Under the pieces are notes generated by a model. The model was not told the origin of the DNA. It ran no database searches and saw nothing but the letters and a program-made list of their open reading frames with translations. 57,127 nt of DNA, taken from the NCBI GenBank assembly GCA_964461045.1, contig CAYWSJ010000005.1, positions 1 to 57,127 on the forward strand. Direction: 5' to 3'. Position 1 is the stretch's first letter; every line of letters starts with the position of its first letter. The stretch is from an uncultured Bacteroidales bacterium (GTDB lineage Bacteria > Bacteroidota > Bacteroidia > Bacteroidales > UBA12077). Positions 28,339 to 38,415 of the stretch are shown here, in pieces. The translations under genes were made by a program, and so were the position numbers.

Positions 28339-29547
28339 TTAAACTTCACTGGTCATAATGAAGAGAGGTTTCATTGCAAAGCTCTTGTATTTTGGTCTTA
28401 GCCGTTCTGTATTATAATGTTCCTGGAGATTAACAACTTTGCTTTTGCTTGTAACAACTTCTATGGGCACATTGTCGTAATGGCCATGACGAAATACCAC
28501 CAGCCGCCCATGAACGCCATTCAAAATCAGGTCGAGAGCCAGATTTCCAAACGCCATTGGAACTACGGAGTCTATTGAGTCGGGATCACCACCCCTTACC
28601 AGGTAACCAAGCTTCTGAGTAATAGTACCGACTTTTTGTCCATTATTGTGTTTAGGAGATAGTTCTTTGATTTTCTCGGAAACCATATCACCGATACCGC
28701 CGAGTTTAGCGTGCCCATACATATCTTTTTCCTGGTTTTCATAGATCATTTCATCTCCTCCTTTGAACATAGCTCCTTCAGAAACCAGAACAACAGAATA
28801 ATTACTTGGATGTTTATGCCTGTCTTCCATTAATAGCCTCGTTAATTGTTCAATATCAAATTTATACTCCGGTATAACGCACCTGTCGGCAGAACCTGCC
28901 ATAGTCGGCAGCATTGCAGTGAAACCAGCGTATCTTCCGAAAACTTCTAAAACCATAATCCTCTCATGCGAACCGGCTGTTGTTCTCAAAAGGTTGGTCA
29001 TCATGATCGTACGGGTAACACAGGTACTAAATCCTATGCAGTAATCTGTGCCTGGAACATCATTATCCATTGTTTTAGGAATACCTATTACTTTAACACC
29101 TTCTGAGTAAAGCCTTACTGCATAACTTAAAGTGTCATCACCTCCTACAGGGATTAAATAATCAATGTTCAGAAATTCAAGGTTTTTTAAGATTTCCGGG
29201 GTTAAATCATTTGTTTTTTTATTGTATTTGTCTTTAAAATGTTCGGGTAATCTGTCTTTTGGTATTTTTGCAGGATTCACACGTGAACTATGGAGAAATG
29301 TTCCTCCTGTTCTTCCCGCTTTATTTACCATATCTTCTGTTAGTTCGTTAAAACAATTGCAGTTTTTATCCTCTGGTGCTTCTCTGTTTAACTCCAGCAA
29401 ACCAGCATAACCTCTCCGGATGCCTATCACTTTATACCCTTCTCTTAGAGCTCGTATTGTAACTGCTCTTATGGCGGGGTTCAGACCAGGAACATCTCCT
29501 CCTCCTGTCAGAATTCCAATTACACCTTTAACCTTTTTTGCACTCAT
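28339..29547 (-). CDS. 6-phosphofructokinase family protein with PPi-dependent signature
   Basis: LTGGGDVPGLN, GGTFLHSSR, GGDDT, IPKTMDND, SHERIMVLEVFGR, LGYLVRGG. Confidence 0.93.
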   Translation of the reverse strand: MSAKKVKGVIGILTGGGDVPGLNPAIRAVTIRALREGYKVIGIRRGYAGLLELNREAPEDKNCNCFNELTEDMVNKAGRTGGTFLHSSRVNPAKIPKDRLPEHFKDKYNKKTNDLTPEILKNLEFLNIDYLIPVGGDDTLSYAVRLYSEGVKVIGIPKTMDNDVPGTDYCIGFSTCVTRTIMMTNLLRTTAGSHERIMVLEVFGRYAGFTAMLPTMAGSADRCVIPEYKFDIEQLTRLLMEDRHKHPSNYSVVLVSEGAMFKGGDEMIYENQEKDMYGHAKLGGIGDMVSEKIKELSPKHNNGQKVGTITQKLGYLVRGGDPDSIDSVVPMAFGNLALDLILNGVHGRLVVFRHGHYDNVPIEVVTSKSKVVNLQEHYNTERLRPKYKSFAMKPLFIMTSEV

Positions 29548-29735
29548 AATAATCCGTTTTAAAAAGTTTATTGAAGAATAACGTCAAGATAAATAATAAA
29601 AAAGGAATAGTAAAGTATTTTCTTCTTATTTTTTTGAGTCATGATTTTGCCGGATCTTAATATTTTATTTTTGAGATGCATAATTTTTGAGTTTGATTCG
29701 TCTTTATAAAAAATGCGAATAATGAATATTTTTCT

Positions 29736-29743
29736 TATTTTTG
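29736..29743 (+). promoter_or_regulatory. Candidate -7 promoter element (TATTTTTG) for the DUF4190 gene pair
   Basis: TAnnTTTG 25 nt upstream of ATG 29769. Confidence 0.45.
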
Positions 29744-29768
29744 AAGAGAACATTAAAACCTGATTAGT

Positions 29769-30296
29769 ATGGAAGAACAAATTAAAACAAATGCCGGCCA
29801 GGGTCTCGGAATAGCAGGACTCGTACTTGGAATTCTTTCGGTTATATTAGCATTACTTGGATGTACATTTTTAATTGCCTTGTTGCTTGGAGTAGTTGGT
29901 ATCATATTAAGCGCCGTGGGCTTTTCACAGGCTAAAAGAAACAACGGTGCAAAAGGGATTAATCTTGGAGCATTGGTTGTATCAATTATTGGAGTTTTAA
30001 TGGCTTTAACAATAACAGTATTCCTTGGTTCATTTTTTAAAGATTTAAGTGAAGGTGAGCATTGGTGGAATAAAATTGAGCAAATGGAAGATTTTGATAT
30101 TTCTGATGAAATCGACAAAGAAATAGAAAAAGAACTTGAAGATCAGGAAATGGATAACCTGGAAAAGAAAATGGAAGATCTGGAAGGAGAAATTAAAGAT
30201 ACTGCAAAAGAAGAAGGTGATAAGGCTGAAAAAGACGTCGATGAATCAGTTAAAAAAGCCGAAGAGGAGCTTGAGAAATTAAAAGATGAGCAATAA
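29769..30296 (+). CDS. DUF4190-like membrane protein with acidic coiled-coil C-terminus
   Basis: GLGIAGLVLGILS...GIILSAVG...GALVVSIIG pattern; about 3 TM segments; E/D/K-rich tail. Confidence 0.7.
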   Translation: MEEQIKTNAGQGLGIAGLVLGILSVILALLGCTFLIALLLGVVGIILSAVGFSQAKRNNGAKGINLGALVVSIIGVLMALTITVFLGSFFKDLSEGEHWWNKIEQMEDFDISDEIDKEIEKELEDQEMDNLEKKMEDLEGEIKDTAKEEGDKAEKDVDESVKKAEEELEKLKDEQ

Positions 30297-30315
30297 CAGG
30301 TTTTCCGTACATTAA

Positions 30316-30714
30316 ATGTTTAGGCGGATAAATAATTCATACCATATAATAAATTTTATTTTTGCCGGAATAATATTACTTGTTTTTATATATTCCGGCA
30401 TTTTTTCTGCTCAGAAAGAAAATCATCCGATTCCTTCAAATTCAGGATTGATTTATGGTAAAACAACCCCTAGCACAGGCCTGTCAAGGGCCTTTTCCGA
30501 AATTGTCCGGTTAAATTTTCACAAGGCAAAAGAATATAATGAGCATTCCGTTGATGTTTTTATGTTTTTCTTTTTACAGTTCTTTCTAAGACTTGGATTT
30601 ACAGGAGTCTCTTTAAGAATGAAAAGGAAACAACTTAATTTTTTGGTATTTACAGATGCTATTTTTTCAGTCGGGATGTTTATTTATTGTTTTGCAGGTA
30701 TTATTCCAATCTGA
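30316..30714 (+). CDS. DUF2752-like membrane protein
   Basis: TM, then P.....G...P..GLSRAF......F..A..YN, then two TMs; the cysteines expected in this family are absent. Confidence 0.55.
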   Translation: MFRRINNSYHIINFIFAGIILLVFIYSGIFSAQKENHPIPSNSGLIYGKTTPSTGLSRAFSEIVRLNFHKAKEYNEHSVDVFMFFFLQFFLRLGFTGVSLRMKRKQLNFLVFTDAIFSVGMFIYCFAGIIPI

Positions 30715-30783
30715 TCTGTGGAAGGATAAGAATAATATATCTATTCTCCTTAAGTAGAAATCAGGTCTGGTTAATAAAATTTT

Positions 30784-31479
30784 TTACCGGGGTAATAAAT
30801 TATTCAGAATGGAATCAAATATAGCCTTCCCTTCCGTATTACCAAGCATTTCATCAGCAGCTCTTTCAGGATGTGGCATCATGCCATAGACATTTTTTTC
30901 TTCATTGCATACACCTGCAATATTCTCCATGGAACCATTGGGATTGGCATCAAGAGTTATCTCCCCGTATTTGTTACAATACCTGAATAAGATCTGGTCT
31001 TTCATTCGCATGTCCTGCAATATTTCTTTGGGGGCATAATATCTTCCCTCACCATGAGCAATTGGAATTTTGATGGGTTGTTGCTTGTCAAGGTCCTTGG
31101 TGATTATGGTGTCGTTATTATCAGGAATAATATGTACATTCTGGCATATAAATTTTTGGTTGTTGTTGTGCAACAGTGCACCGGGAAGTAATCCGGTTTC
31201 ACATAATACCTGAAATCCATTGCATATTCCAAAAACAAAACCTCCTCTTTTCGCAAAACTGACTATCTCATTCATAATCGGAGAGTATCTTGCAATAGCT
31301 CCTGACCGAAGATAATCACCATAAGAAAAGCCTCCTGGTAAAATAATAGCATTAACTCCCTTTAGATCTGCTTCTTTATGCCATAAAGCGACCACCTCTT
31401 GTTCCAGAATGTTGCGTAATGTATAAATTGTGTCATGGTCACAATTGGATCCGGGAAATATTACAACACCAAATTTCAT
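30784..31479 (-). CDS. purQ: Phosphoribosylformylglycinamidine synthase subunit PurQ
   Basis: FPGSNCD, LPGGFSYGDYLRSGAIA, GICNGFQ, IPIAHGEG, MMPHPER. Confidence 0.98.
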   Translation of the reverse strand: MKFGVVIFPGSNCDHDTIYTLRNILEQEVVALWHKEADLKGVNAIILPGGFSYGDYLRSGAIARYSPIMNEIVSFAKRGGFVFGICNGFQVLCETGLLPGALLHNNNQKFICQNVHIIPDNNDTIITKDLDKQQPIKIPIAHGEGRYYAPKEILQDMRMKDQILFRYCNKYGEITLDANPNGSMENIAGVCNEEKNVYGMMPHPERAADEMLGNTEGKAIFDSILNNLLPR

Positions 31480-31612
31480 TTTTTTTAACTTTAATAAAGA
31501 TACATTTTGGATAGGTCAAATATAGAGAAATTAATATTAAGGACAAATATACATAACATACTTTTGAAATTAATCTGTTATTTTTGAGAGTGTATTATTT
31601 AAATTACACGCT

Positions 31613-32647
31613 ATGAAAATATTCAAATATCTGCTTTGGTTTTTAGCTTTCTTTTTACTGGCTTTTATTTCTTTTCTGGGATACTTTACAGTGAATAATT
31701 ATAACCCAAAAGAGAAAAAAATTTTAACTGATGAAGAATTTCCCGATACGATCAAAGGAGATACTGCTGAAATGTTGATCTGGAATATAGGATACGCCGG
31801 TTTAGGAGATGATATGAGCTTTTTTTATGACGGGGGAGAAAAGGTGCGTACTACAGAAAAAAGAACCAAAGAAAATCTTCAAAGAATTATTAAAGTGATT
31901 AAAAGTTTTAATAACCTTGAATTTATTTTGCTTCAGGAAGTTGATAGACATTCAAAAAGAAGTTATTACATCAATGAATCGGATTCCCTGAATAAATATC
32001 TACCAAATTATATAAGTGCTTTTGCCTTCAACTATAAGGTGGATTTTGTGCCTGTACCACTGAATAAGCCTCTGGGAAGAGTAGAAGGTGGCTTGATGAC
32101 TCTCACCAGGAAAGCACCAGGCCATTTCGCAAGATATTCATTCCCTGGTAATTTTGCATGGCCTAAAAGCCTTTTTATGCTCGACCGCTGTTTTTTGACT
32201 GCTGAATATCACCTGTCAGGAGGGAAAAAACTATATCTCATTAATACACATAACTCAGCCTATGATGATGGAGATTTGAAAGAACAGCAAATGGAATACC
32301 TGAAAAAATTCATAACGAAACTATACGGTAATGGGCATTATGTGATAGTTGGAGGCGATTGGAACCAGTTGCCGCCTGGACATCAAAGCAAAAAAAGTAT
32401 GGTGAAAAAGAGAATTCCAAACAATTATCTGCCCAGTGAATGGAAATGGGTATATGATCAGGATATTCCATCAAACCGGGCTTTAAACAAACCTTATGAT
32501 GAAAGCAATAAAACAAGCATAATTGATTATTATTTGCTTTCCCCTAATTTGAAAGTAATAGAATGTAGAACCATTGATTTGGATTTTCAGCATTCCGATC
32601 ATCAACCTGTTTACTTAAAGTTTTCTTTTGATAATGAGAATACTTGA
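31613..32647 (+). CDS. Endonuclease/exonuclease/phosphatase (EEP) family protein, membrane-anchored
   Basis: N-terminal TM; WNIGY, LLQEVD, NTHNSAYD, GGDWNQ, IIDYY, SDHQPV catalytic motifs. Confidence 0.92.
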   Translation: MKIFKYLLWFLAFFLLAFISFLGYFTVNNYNPKEKKILTDEEFPDTIKGDTAEMLIWNIGYAGLGDDMSFFYDGGEKVRTTEKRTKENLQRIIKVIKSFNNLEFILLQEVDRHSKRSYYINESDSLNKYLPNYISAFAFNYKVDFVPVPLNKPLGRVEGGLMTLTRKAPGHFARYSFPGNFAWPKSLFMLDRCFLTAEYHLSGGKKLYLINTHNSAYDDGDLKEQQMEYLKKFITKLYGNGHYVIVGGDWNQLPPGHQSKKSMVKKRIPNNYLPSEWKWVYDQDIPSNRALNKPYDESNKTSIIDYYLLSPNLKVIECRTIDLDFQHSDHQPVYLKFSFDNENT

Positions 32648-32703
32648 TTATTCCTTAATGATTGTTTAACTTGTTTCCTGTCAAACTCAAACAGGAGGTA
32701 TTT

Positions 32704-32961
32704 ATGAAACTTAATGTAAAAGCATTTGCACTGGCAGGCGGGATTGCCTTTGGTCTCGCAGTATTTTTACTTACAATATGGTACCTGATATTTGGTTTTG
32801 AGGGCCATACGCTTCAAAAACTTCATCATGTATATTTGGGATATTCTGTCTCTTTCCCCGGGGCTTTGATAGGTCTTGTCTGGGGATTTGTTGATGGTTT
32901 TATTGGAGGTGCGATTTTTTCATGGTTATATAATCTTTTTTTACCTAAGAAAAATGCATAA
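32704..32961 (+). CDS. Small two-TM membrane protein resembling the family annotated 'bacteriophage holin'
   Basis: MKLNVKAFALAGG...YLGYSVSFPGALIGLVWGFVDGFIGGAIFSWLYN; ATG 32704 preceded by AGGAGG. Holin function is unverified. Confidence 0.6.
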   Translation: MKLNVKAFALAGGIAFGLAVFLLTIWYLIFGFEGHTLQKLHHVYLGYSVSFPGALIGLVWGFVDGFIGGAIFSWLYNLFLPKKNA

Positions 32962-32980
32962 GAATATTTACCTGAATTGG

Positions 32981-33016
32981 ATCGTCCTTTCCACCCGGGA
33001 GGACGATTTTTTTTTT
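32981..33016 (+). terminator. Rho-independent terminator
   Basis: ATCGTCCT...AGGACGAT stem followed by a T10 run. Confidence 0.8.
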
Positions 33017-33077
33017 CATGTTTTAATAATATGCCAAAAATCATATAATTTGGGGTGTAAGATATTTATAAATAAAC

Positions 33078-33085
33078 TATTTTTG
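33078..33085 (+). promoter_or_regulatory. Candidate -7 promoter element (TATTTTTG) for the mutase operon
   Basis: TAnnTTTG 25 nt upstream of ATG 33111. Confidence 0.5.
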
Positions 33086-33110
33086 GGCAGAATTTAATAT
33101 TCAAAATGTT

Positions 33111-34994
33111 ATGGTAAAACTACAAGATAGACTTAAATTCAGGGATGATTTTCCCATAGTAACCACAAAGCAGTGGGAAGAAAAAATCCAGAAGGATTTA
33201 AAAGGCGCTGATTATCAGAAAAAGTTAATCTGGCGAACCCAGGAAGGTTTTAACGTAAAACCCTATTACCGGGAAGAAGATCTCGAAGGGATCGGGCATC
33301 TGAAATTCTTCCCCGGAGAATTTCCTTATGTCAGAAGTAAGAAAGGAGATAACAATACCTGGTTTGTTCGTCAGGATATTCCTGTGAAAGGCGATTACAA
33401 GAAGGCAAACAGAAAAGCCCTTGAAATATTGAATAGAGGGGTTGACTCACTGGGTTTCATACTTGATGAAAATAACGAACCTTCCAGTAAGGATTTCGAA
33501 AACCTTCTCGAAGGAATTTGTTTATCGGCTATTGAGCTTAATTTCATGGCTAATCATGCCTCAGAGAAAGTTCTTGCCTTGTTATTGGAAAAACTTAAAA
33601 AAGAGAGTGAAAAATTTGAAGAAATAAAAGGAGGAACTGATTTTAACCCGATTGGGAATTTGAATTTGAATGGGAAATTCTGTCAATCGGCTGAAAATTC
33701 GTTTAATAAATCAAAAGAAGTTATTGAGTTGACAAAGAACTTGCCCGGTTATCGCGCAATTGAGGTAGATGGCTGCAGCTTACATAATGCAGGAGCAACC
33801 GCTGTACAGGAACTGGGTTTCTCCCTGGCCATGGGAAATGAATACCTGGCTAATCTCAGTGAGAAAGAACTTGATGTTGATACTATTGCCGATAACATTC
33901 GATTTAAATTTGGAGTTGGACCTGCCTATTTTATTGAAATAGCAAAATTCAGGGCTGCCAGAATGCTCTGGGCTAAAGTAGTGGAGGCATACAAACCCGG
34001 AAAACAGGAAAAAGCCCAAATGCAGATTCATGCTGAAACATCTCAGTGGAATCAGACTATTTATGATCCCTACGTGAATATGCTGAGAGGTACAACTGAA
34101 TCAATGTCAGCAACTCTTAGCGGTGTTGATTCATTAACAGTCAACCCTTACAATAAATCTTTCGAAGAACCGAATAAATTTTCTGAAAGAATTGCAAGAA
34201 ATACACAGATCCTGCTGAAAGAAGAAGCTTATTTCGACAAAGTAGTAGACCCTGCAGGAGGAGCTTATTATATTGAGAATCTTACGAATTCAATTGCAGA
34301 ACATGCCTGGAGATTGTTCCAGGAAATTGAAGAGAAAGGTGGATATATCAAAGCTTTTGAGAATGGATTTGTTCAGGAAAAGATAAAAGAAGTAGCTAAT
34401 CAGAGAAACTTTAACCTTGCAATGCGTAAAGAAGCATTGGTAGGAGTTAATCTTTATCCTAATGCGGATGAGGTTATGGAAGAAGGCTACGATGAAAATA
34501 CAATTCAAAGTGCTGATTATGAAAGTAAAGATGCTGTTGCAGAACCATTGGTGCCTTACAGGGGGGCAGAAGAGATTGAGACCCTGAGGATTAAAACAGA
34601 AAGAAGCGGAAAGAGCCGACCAAGAGTCTTTTTGTTCACTATTGGCGATAAGACCATGCGAAGAGCCCGCGCGGGTTTTTCTTCTGGTTTCTTTGCAGCC
34701 GCCGGATTCGAAATTATTGACAATATCGGGTTTGATTCAGTGGAAGAAGGAGTGAAGGAAGCAAGAAATAAAGAGGCAGATATCGTAGTGATATGTTCGT
34801 CCGATCCTGAATACCCGGAGCTGGCACCTGCAATTAATGAGCAAATGAAGGATGATGCAATCATTGTAGTTGCCGGATATCCCAAAGACAGTATGGAACA
34901 GCTAAAAGAAGCCGGAATTAACCATTTTGTTCATATTAAATCAAATCTTGTTGAAACACTCAAAAAGTTTCAGGAAGAATTAGGTATCAGATAA
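33111..34994 (+). CDS. mutA: Methylmalonyl-CoA mutase small (beta) subunit
   Basis: [42 protein letters not shown]; B12-domain lacks the DxHxxG ligand motif; precedes the large subunit. Confidence 0.93.
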   Translation: MVKLQDRLKFRDDFPIVTTKQWEEKIQKDLKGADYQKKLIWRTQEGFNVKPYYREEDLEGIGHLKFFPGEFPYVRSKKGDNNTWFVRQDIPVKGDYKKANRKALEILNRGVDSLGFILDENNEPSSKDFENLLEGICLSAIELNFMANHASEKVLALLLEKLKKESEKFEEIKGGTDFNPIGNLNLNGKFCQSAENSFNKSKEVIELTKNLPGYRAIEVDGCSLHNAGATAVQELGFSLAMGNEYLANLSEKELDVDTIADNIRFKFGVGPAYFIEIAKFRAARMLWAKVVEAYKPGKQEKAQMQIHAETSQWNQTIYDPYVNMLRGTTESMSATLSGVDSLTVNPYNKSFEEPNKFSERIARNTQILLKEEAYFDKVVDPAGGAYYIENLTNSIAEHAWRLFQEIEEKGGYIKAFENGFVQEKIKEVANQRNFNLAMRKEALVGVNLYPNADEVMEEGYDENTIQSADYESKDAVAEPLVPYRGAEEIETLRIKTERSGKSRPRVFLFTIGDKTMRRARAGFSSGFFAAAGFEIIDNIGFDSVEEGVKEARNKEADIVVICSSDPEYPELAPAINEQMKDDAIIVVAGYPKDSMEQLKEAGINHFVHIKSNLVETLKKFQEELGIR

Positions 34995-35021
34995 TTTTTT
35001 AATATTGAAAAGCACATAATT

Positions 35022-37157
35022 ATGCGACCAGATTTTAATAAAATAAATCCTGATTTTACAGAGAACAAAGGCGGAAAAGTAAAACCCAGCGAAAAAGTCG
35101 TCTGGGAAACGCCTGAACAGATACCTGTAAAAGCGGCTTATACCCGGAAAGATCTTGAAGACCTTGAACATCTGCATTATGCAGCAGGAATTCCTCCATA
35201 CCTGAGAGGTCCTTATTCTACTATGTATGCTATGAGGCCCTGGACTATCAGGCAGTATGCAGGATATTCCACTGCAGAGGAATCCAACGCTTTTTATCGC
35301 AGAAACCTTGCAGCCGGACAAAAAGGTTTGTCCATTGCTTTCGACCTGGCAACACACCGGGGATACGATTCAGATCACCCACGAGTTGCAGGTGATGTGG
35401 GTAAAGCAGGAGTAGCTGTGGATTCTATTCTCGATATGAAGGTGTTGTTCGATCAAATTCCGTTGGATCAAATGACGGTATCCATGACTATGAACGGAGC
35501 TGTTCTCCCTGTGATGGCTTTTTACATTGTGGCAGGACTGGAACAGGGTGTACCACTGGAGAAACTCAGCGGAACCATTCAGAATGATATCCTGAAGGAA
35601 TTTATGGTGCGGAATACATACATATATCCCCCGGAATTCTCAATGAAGATCATTGCTGATATTTTTGAGTTTACATCCCAAAAAATGCCAAAGTTTAATT
35701 CAATTTCTGTTTCAGGGTATCATATGCAGGAAGCTGGTGCCACAGCAGATATTGAACTTGCTTATACACTGGCCGACGGACTGGAATACTTAAGAACCGG
35801 TATCAATGCCGGACTGGATATTGACTCTTTTGCCCCGCGTATTTCTTTTTTCTGGGCAATCGGAATGAATCATTTTACTGAAATAGCCAAGATGAGAGCT
35901 GCCCGAATGCTCTGGGCAAAGATTGTGAAACAGTTCGATCCGAAAAACCCAAAGTCCATGGCACTGAGAACACACTCCCAGACTTCCGGATGGAGCCTTA
36001 CTGAACAGGATCCTTTTAACAATGTTGCCCGAACATGTGTGGAAGCTATGGGAGCAGCGCTTGGTCATACTCAATCGCTTCATACAAATGCGCTGGACGA
36101 AGCCATTGCGTTACCTACTGATTTCTCGGCAAGAATTGCCAGGAATACACAGATATATTTACAGGAAGAAACGAAAATTACCAAATCACTTGATCCATGG
36201 GCTGGTTCTTATTATGTGGAAAAACTAACAGATGAGATCGCAAACCGGGCCTGGGAACATATCAAGGAGATTGAAGAACTTGGCGGGATGACCAAAGCTA
36301 TAGAAACCGGAGTTCCAAAAATGAGAATTGAAGAGGCTGCTGCTAAAAAGCAAGCCCGGCTGGATACCGGTAAGGAAGTGAGGGTAGGCGTGAATAAATA
36401 CCGCCTGGATAAAGAAGAACCAATTGAGATTCTGGATGTGGATAATTCTGCAGTTCGCGAATCACAATTAAAAAGACTTAAAAAATTGAAAGAAGAACGA
36501 AACGAAGAAGAAGTTCAGAAAGCCCTTGACAAGCTTACAGAATGTGCAAAAACAGGAGAAGGAAACCTGCTTGAACTTTCAATTGATGCAGCGAAAAAGC
36601 GTGCCTCACTTGGCGAGATTTCCTATGCCTGTGAAAAAGCAGCTGGAAGATATACTGCTGTGACACGCTCGGTTTCGGGAGTTTACTCTTCCGAATCTAA
36701 GGATGATGAAAAATATCAGAAGGCAAGAGAACTGGTTAAAAAGTTTGCCGAAGAGGAAGGACGTCAGCCAAGAATTATGATTGCTAAAATGGGGCAGGAT
36801 GGACACGACCGGGGAGCTAAAGTTGTTTCTACCGGTTATGCAGATCTTGGTTTTGATGTGGATATTGGTCCATTGTTCCAGACGCCTGCTGAAGCAGCAA
36901 GACAGGCTGTGGAAAATGATGTTCATATTCTTGGAGTTTCAAGCTTGGCAGCAGGTCATAAAACCCTCGTGCCACAAGTAATTGAAGAGCTTAAGAAACT
37001 AGGAAGAGAAGACATCATGGTAATAGCTGGTGGTGTAATTCCTTCGCAGGACTATAAATTCCTTTATGATACCGGTGTTGTGGGTGTTTTTGGCCCCGGA
37101 ACTACGATCCCTGACGCTGCCATCAATATTTTGAAGGTGATGCTGGATGAAGAATAA
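35022..37157 (+). CDS. scpA: Methylmalonyl-CoA mutase large (catalytic) subunit
   Basis: [50 protein letters not shown] (B12-binding DxHxxG). Confidence 0.98.
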   Translation: MRPDFNKINPDFTENKGGKVKPSEKVVWETPEQIPVKAAYTRKDLEDLEHLHYAAGIPPYLRGPYSTMYAMRPWTIRQYAGYSTAEESNAFYRRNLAAGQKGLSIAFDLATHRGYDSDHPRVAGDVGKAGVAVDSILDMKVLFDQIPLDQMTVSMTMNGAVLPVMAFYIVAGLEQGVPLEKLSGTIQNDILKEFMVRNTYIYPPEFSMKIIADIFEFTSQKMPKFNSISVSGYHMQEAGATADIELAYTLADGLEYLRTGINAGLDIDSFAPRISFFWAIGMNHFTEIAKMRAARMLWAKIVKQFDPKNPKSMALRTHSQTSGWSLTEQDPFNNVARTCVEAMGAALGHTQSLHTNALDEAIALPTDFSARIARNTQIYLQEETKITKSLDPWAGSYYVEKLTDEIANRAWEHIKEIEELGGMTKAIETGVPKMRIEEAAAKKQARLDTGKEVRVGVNKYRLDKEEPIEILDVDNSAVRESQLKRLKKLKEERNEEEVQKALDKLTECAKTGEGNLLELSIDAAKKRASLGEISYACEKAAGRYTAVTRSVSGVYSSESKDDEKYQKARELVKKFAEEEGRQPRIMIAKMGQDGHDRGAKVVSTGYADLGFDVDIGPLFQTPAEAARQAVENDVHILGVSSLAAGHKTLVPQVIEELKKLGREDIMVIAGGVIPSQDYKFLYDTGVVGVFGPGTTIPDAAINILKVMLDEE

Positions 37158-37172
37158 TTAGAAAATTCCTAT

Positions 37173-37209
37173 AAAAAAGCCGAAAGCTAAGAGCTTTCGG
37201 CTTTTTTTT
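37173..37209 (+). terminator. Strong rho-independent terminator
   Basis: AAAAAAGCCGAAAGCT-AAG-AGCTTTCGGCTTTTTTTT perfect stem. Confidence 0.92.
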
Positions 37210-37409
37210 ATAAAATTTGTCCCGTTCCATTATAAATCATAATTGTGTTAACTTATTTTAGGATAGCTCAATTATTAAAATAAAAAGTAAGACAAATTAT
37301 TTTCTTTTTTTTTAATCCCATTTCTCTCGAAATTGTCACCGAAAAATTCTAAATTTACGATAGTTTCTCTGAAGCTTATTTAATTATTATCCAAAAGAAA
37401 GCGTTTATC

Positions 37410-38414
37410 ATGAAAAGAATTTTACCTCTGCTTGTTTTAATACTAATTTCCCTTCAGCTTAATGCTCAAAACTTTGAACAACCCAGCATTAAGAAAATGA
37501 AATGGGGTTCTAATCTTAAAATTAATTTGCAATTATCCAATGACAGCAGCTATATATTGGATGTTAATCAATTGCCTCATTCTGACAGCAAATACGGCGA
37601 AACAAGAAATGAATATACTTACTATCAAACCCGTCTTTCTGAAAATTTTGTAGAACAATTAAAAAATATGAAAATAAAGGAGGAATTGAAAACTGATTCG
37701 GGGAGAGTGGTGCCATCAACTGATAAAACTTTATGGAGTGCTTTGCATAATTCTATTGGAGGAGGCTGGGCTCATTTTATGAATTGCCTTCTATATGCAC
37801 TGGAGAAGAATTATTTACAACTAACAGCTCCTCTTATGGAACGACCCGAAACCAACTGGAAACCAAGTCCTGTTACAGAATCATACAGAAGAACAAAAAA
37901 ATGGGATTATTATGCTCCTGTTAACCAGCGTTATGCGCAAAAGGAGTATAAAATCCGTAAAAATCATGGGAGTCTGAACCGCCTGAAAGACTTACCGGAA
38001 GATTTTATACAATTATTTGAGGAAACAGGAAACTGGAAATACAGGCGAATGAAGAAAAAGGATGAAAAAAAGAAACTGGCAAAAATAGATTTGGTTAAAT
38101 TATTATTGGGAGCCAATTATTTGGGAAAGACACAGATTCAGTATATAAAAACAATGGTTTTAAAAGCTGTAAACGATTACTCAAAAGATCAGCTTCCGTC
38201 TATTATTATATTCGATAATTTTAATGCAGCAGTAGCAATGAGCCTCAATGAAAAAGGTTACGAAGTGGATCACATTGTTTTCAGTGATGCAAAAAAAATA
38301 AGCGAGGTAACTAAAAAGGAAAGAAGGAATCAGATTATGGCTATTGTAGACAATATTAACAATGTGAACAAAAAGATATTCCAGAAAAGATTGGAAAATT
38401 ATTACGAAAAATAA
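37410..38414 (+). CDS. Hypothetical exported protein
   Basis: Signal peptide MKRILPLLVLILISLQLNA|Q; 334 aa; no family recognised. Confidence 0.8.
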   Translation: MKRILPLLVLILISLQLNAQNFEQPSIKKMKWGSNLKINLQLSNDSSYILDVNQLPHSDSKYGETRNEYTYYQTRLSENFVEQLKNMKIKEELKTDSGRVVPSTDKTLWSALHNSIGGGWAHFMNCLLYALEKNYLQLTAPLMERPETNWKPSPVTESYRRTKKWDYYAPVNQRYAQKEYKIRKNHGSLNRLKDLPEDFIQLFEETGNWKYRRMKKKDEKKKLAKIDLVKLLLGANYLGKTQIQYIKTMVLKAVNDYSKDQLPSIIIFDNFNAAVAMSLNEKGYEVDHIVFSDAKKISEVTKKERRNQIMAIVDNINNVNKKIFQKRLENYYEK

Positions 38415-38415
38415 T

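Noticed and set aside
32704-32961. Prophage remnant around the holin-like gene
   Set aside because: Flanks are an EEP hydrolase and mutA; no phage genes, att sites or integrase seen.
33017-33110. Cobalamin riboswitch upstream of the mutase
   Set aside because: Only ~95 nt, very AT-rich, no B12-box; the promoter box is 25 nt from the ATG.
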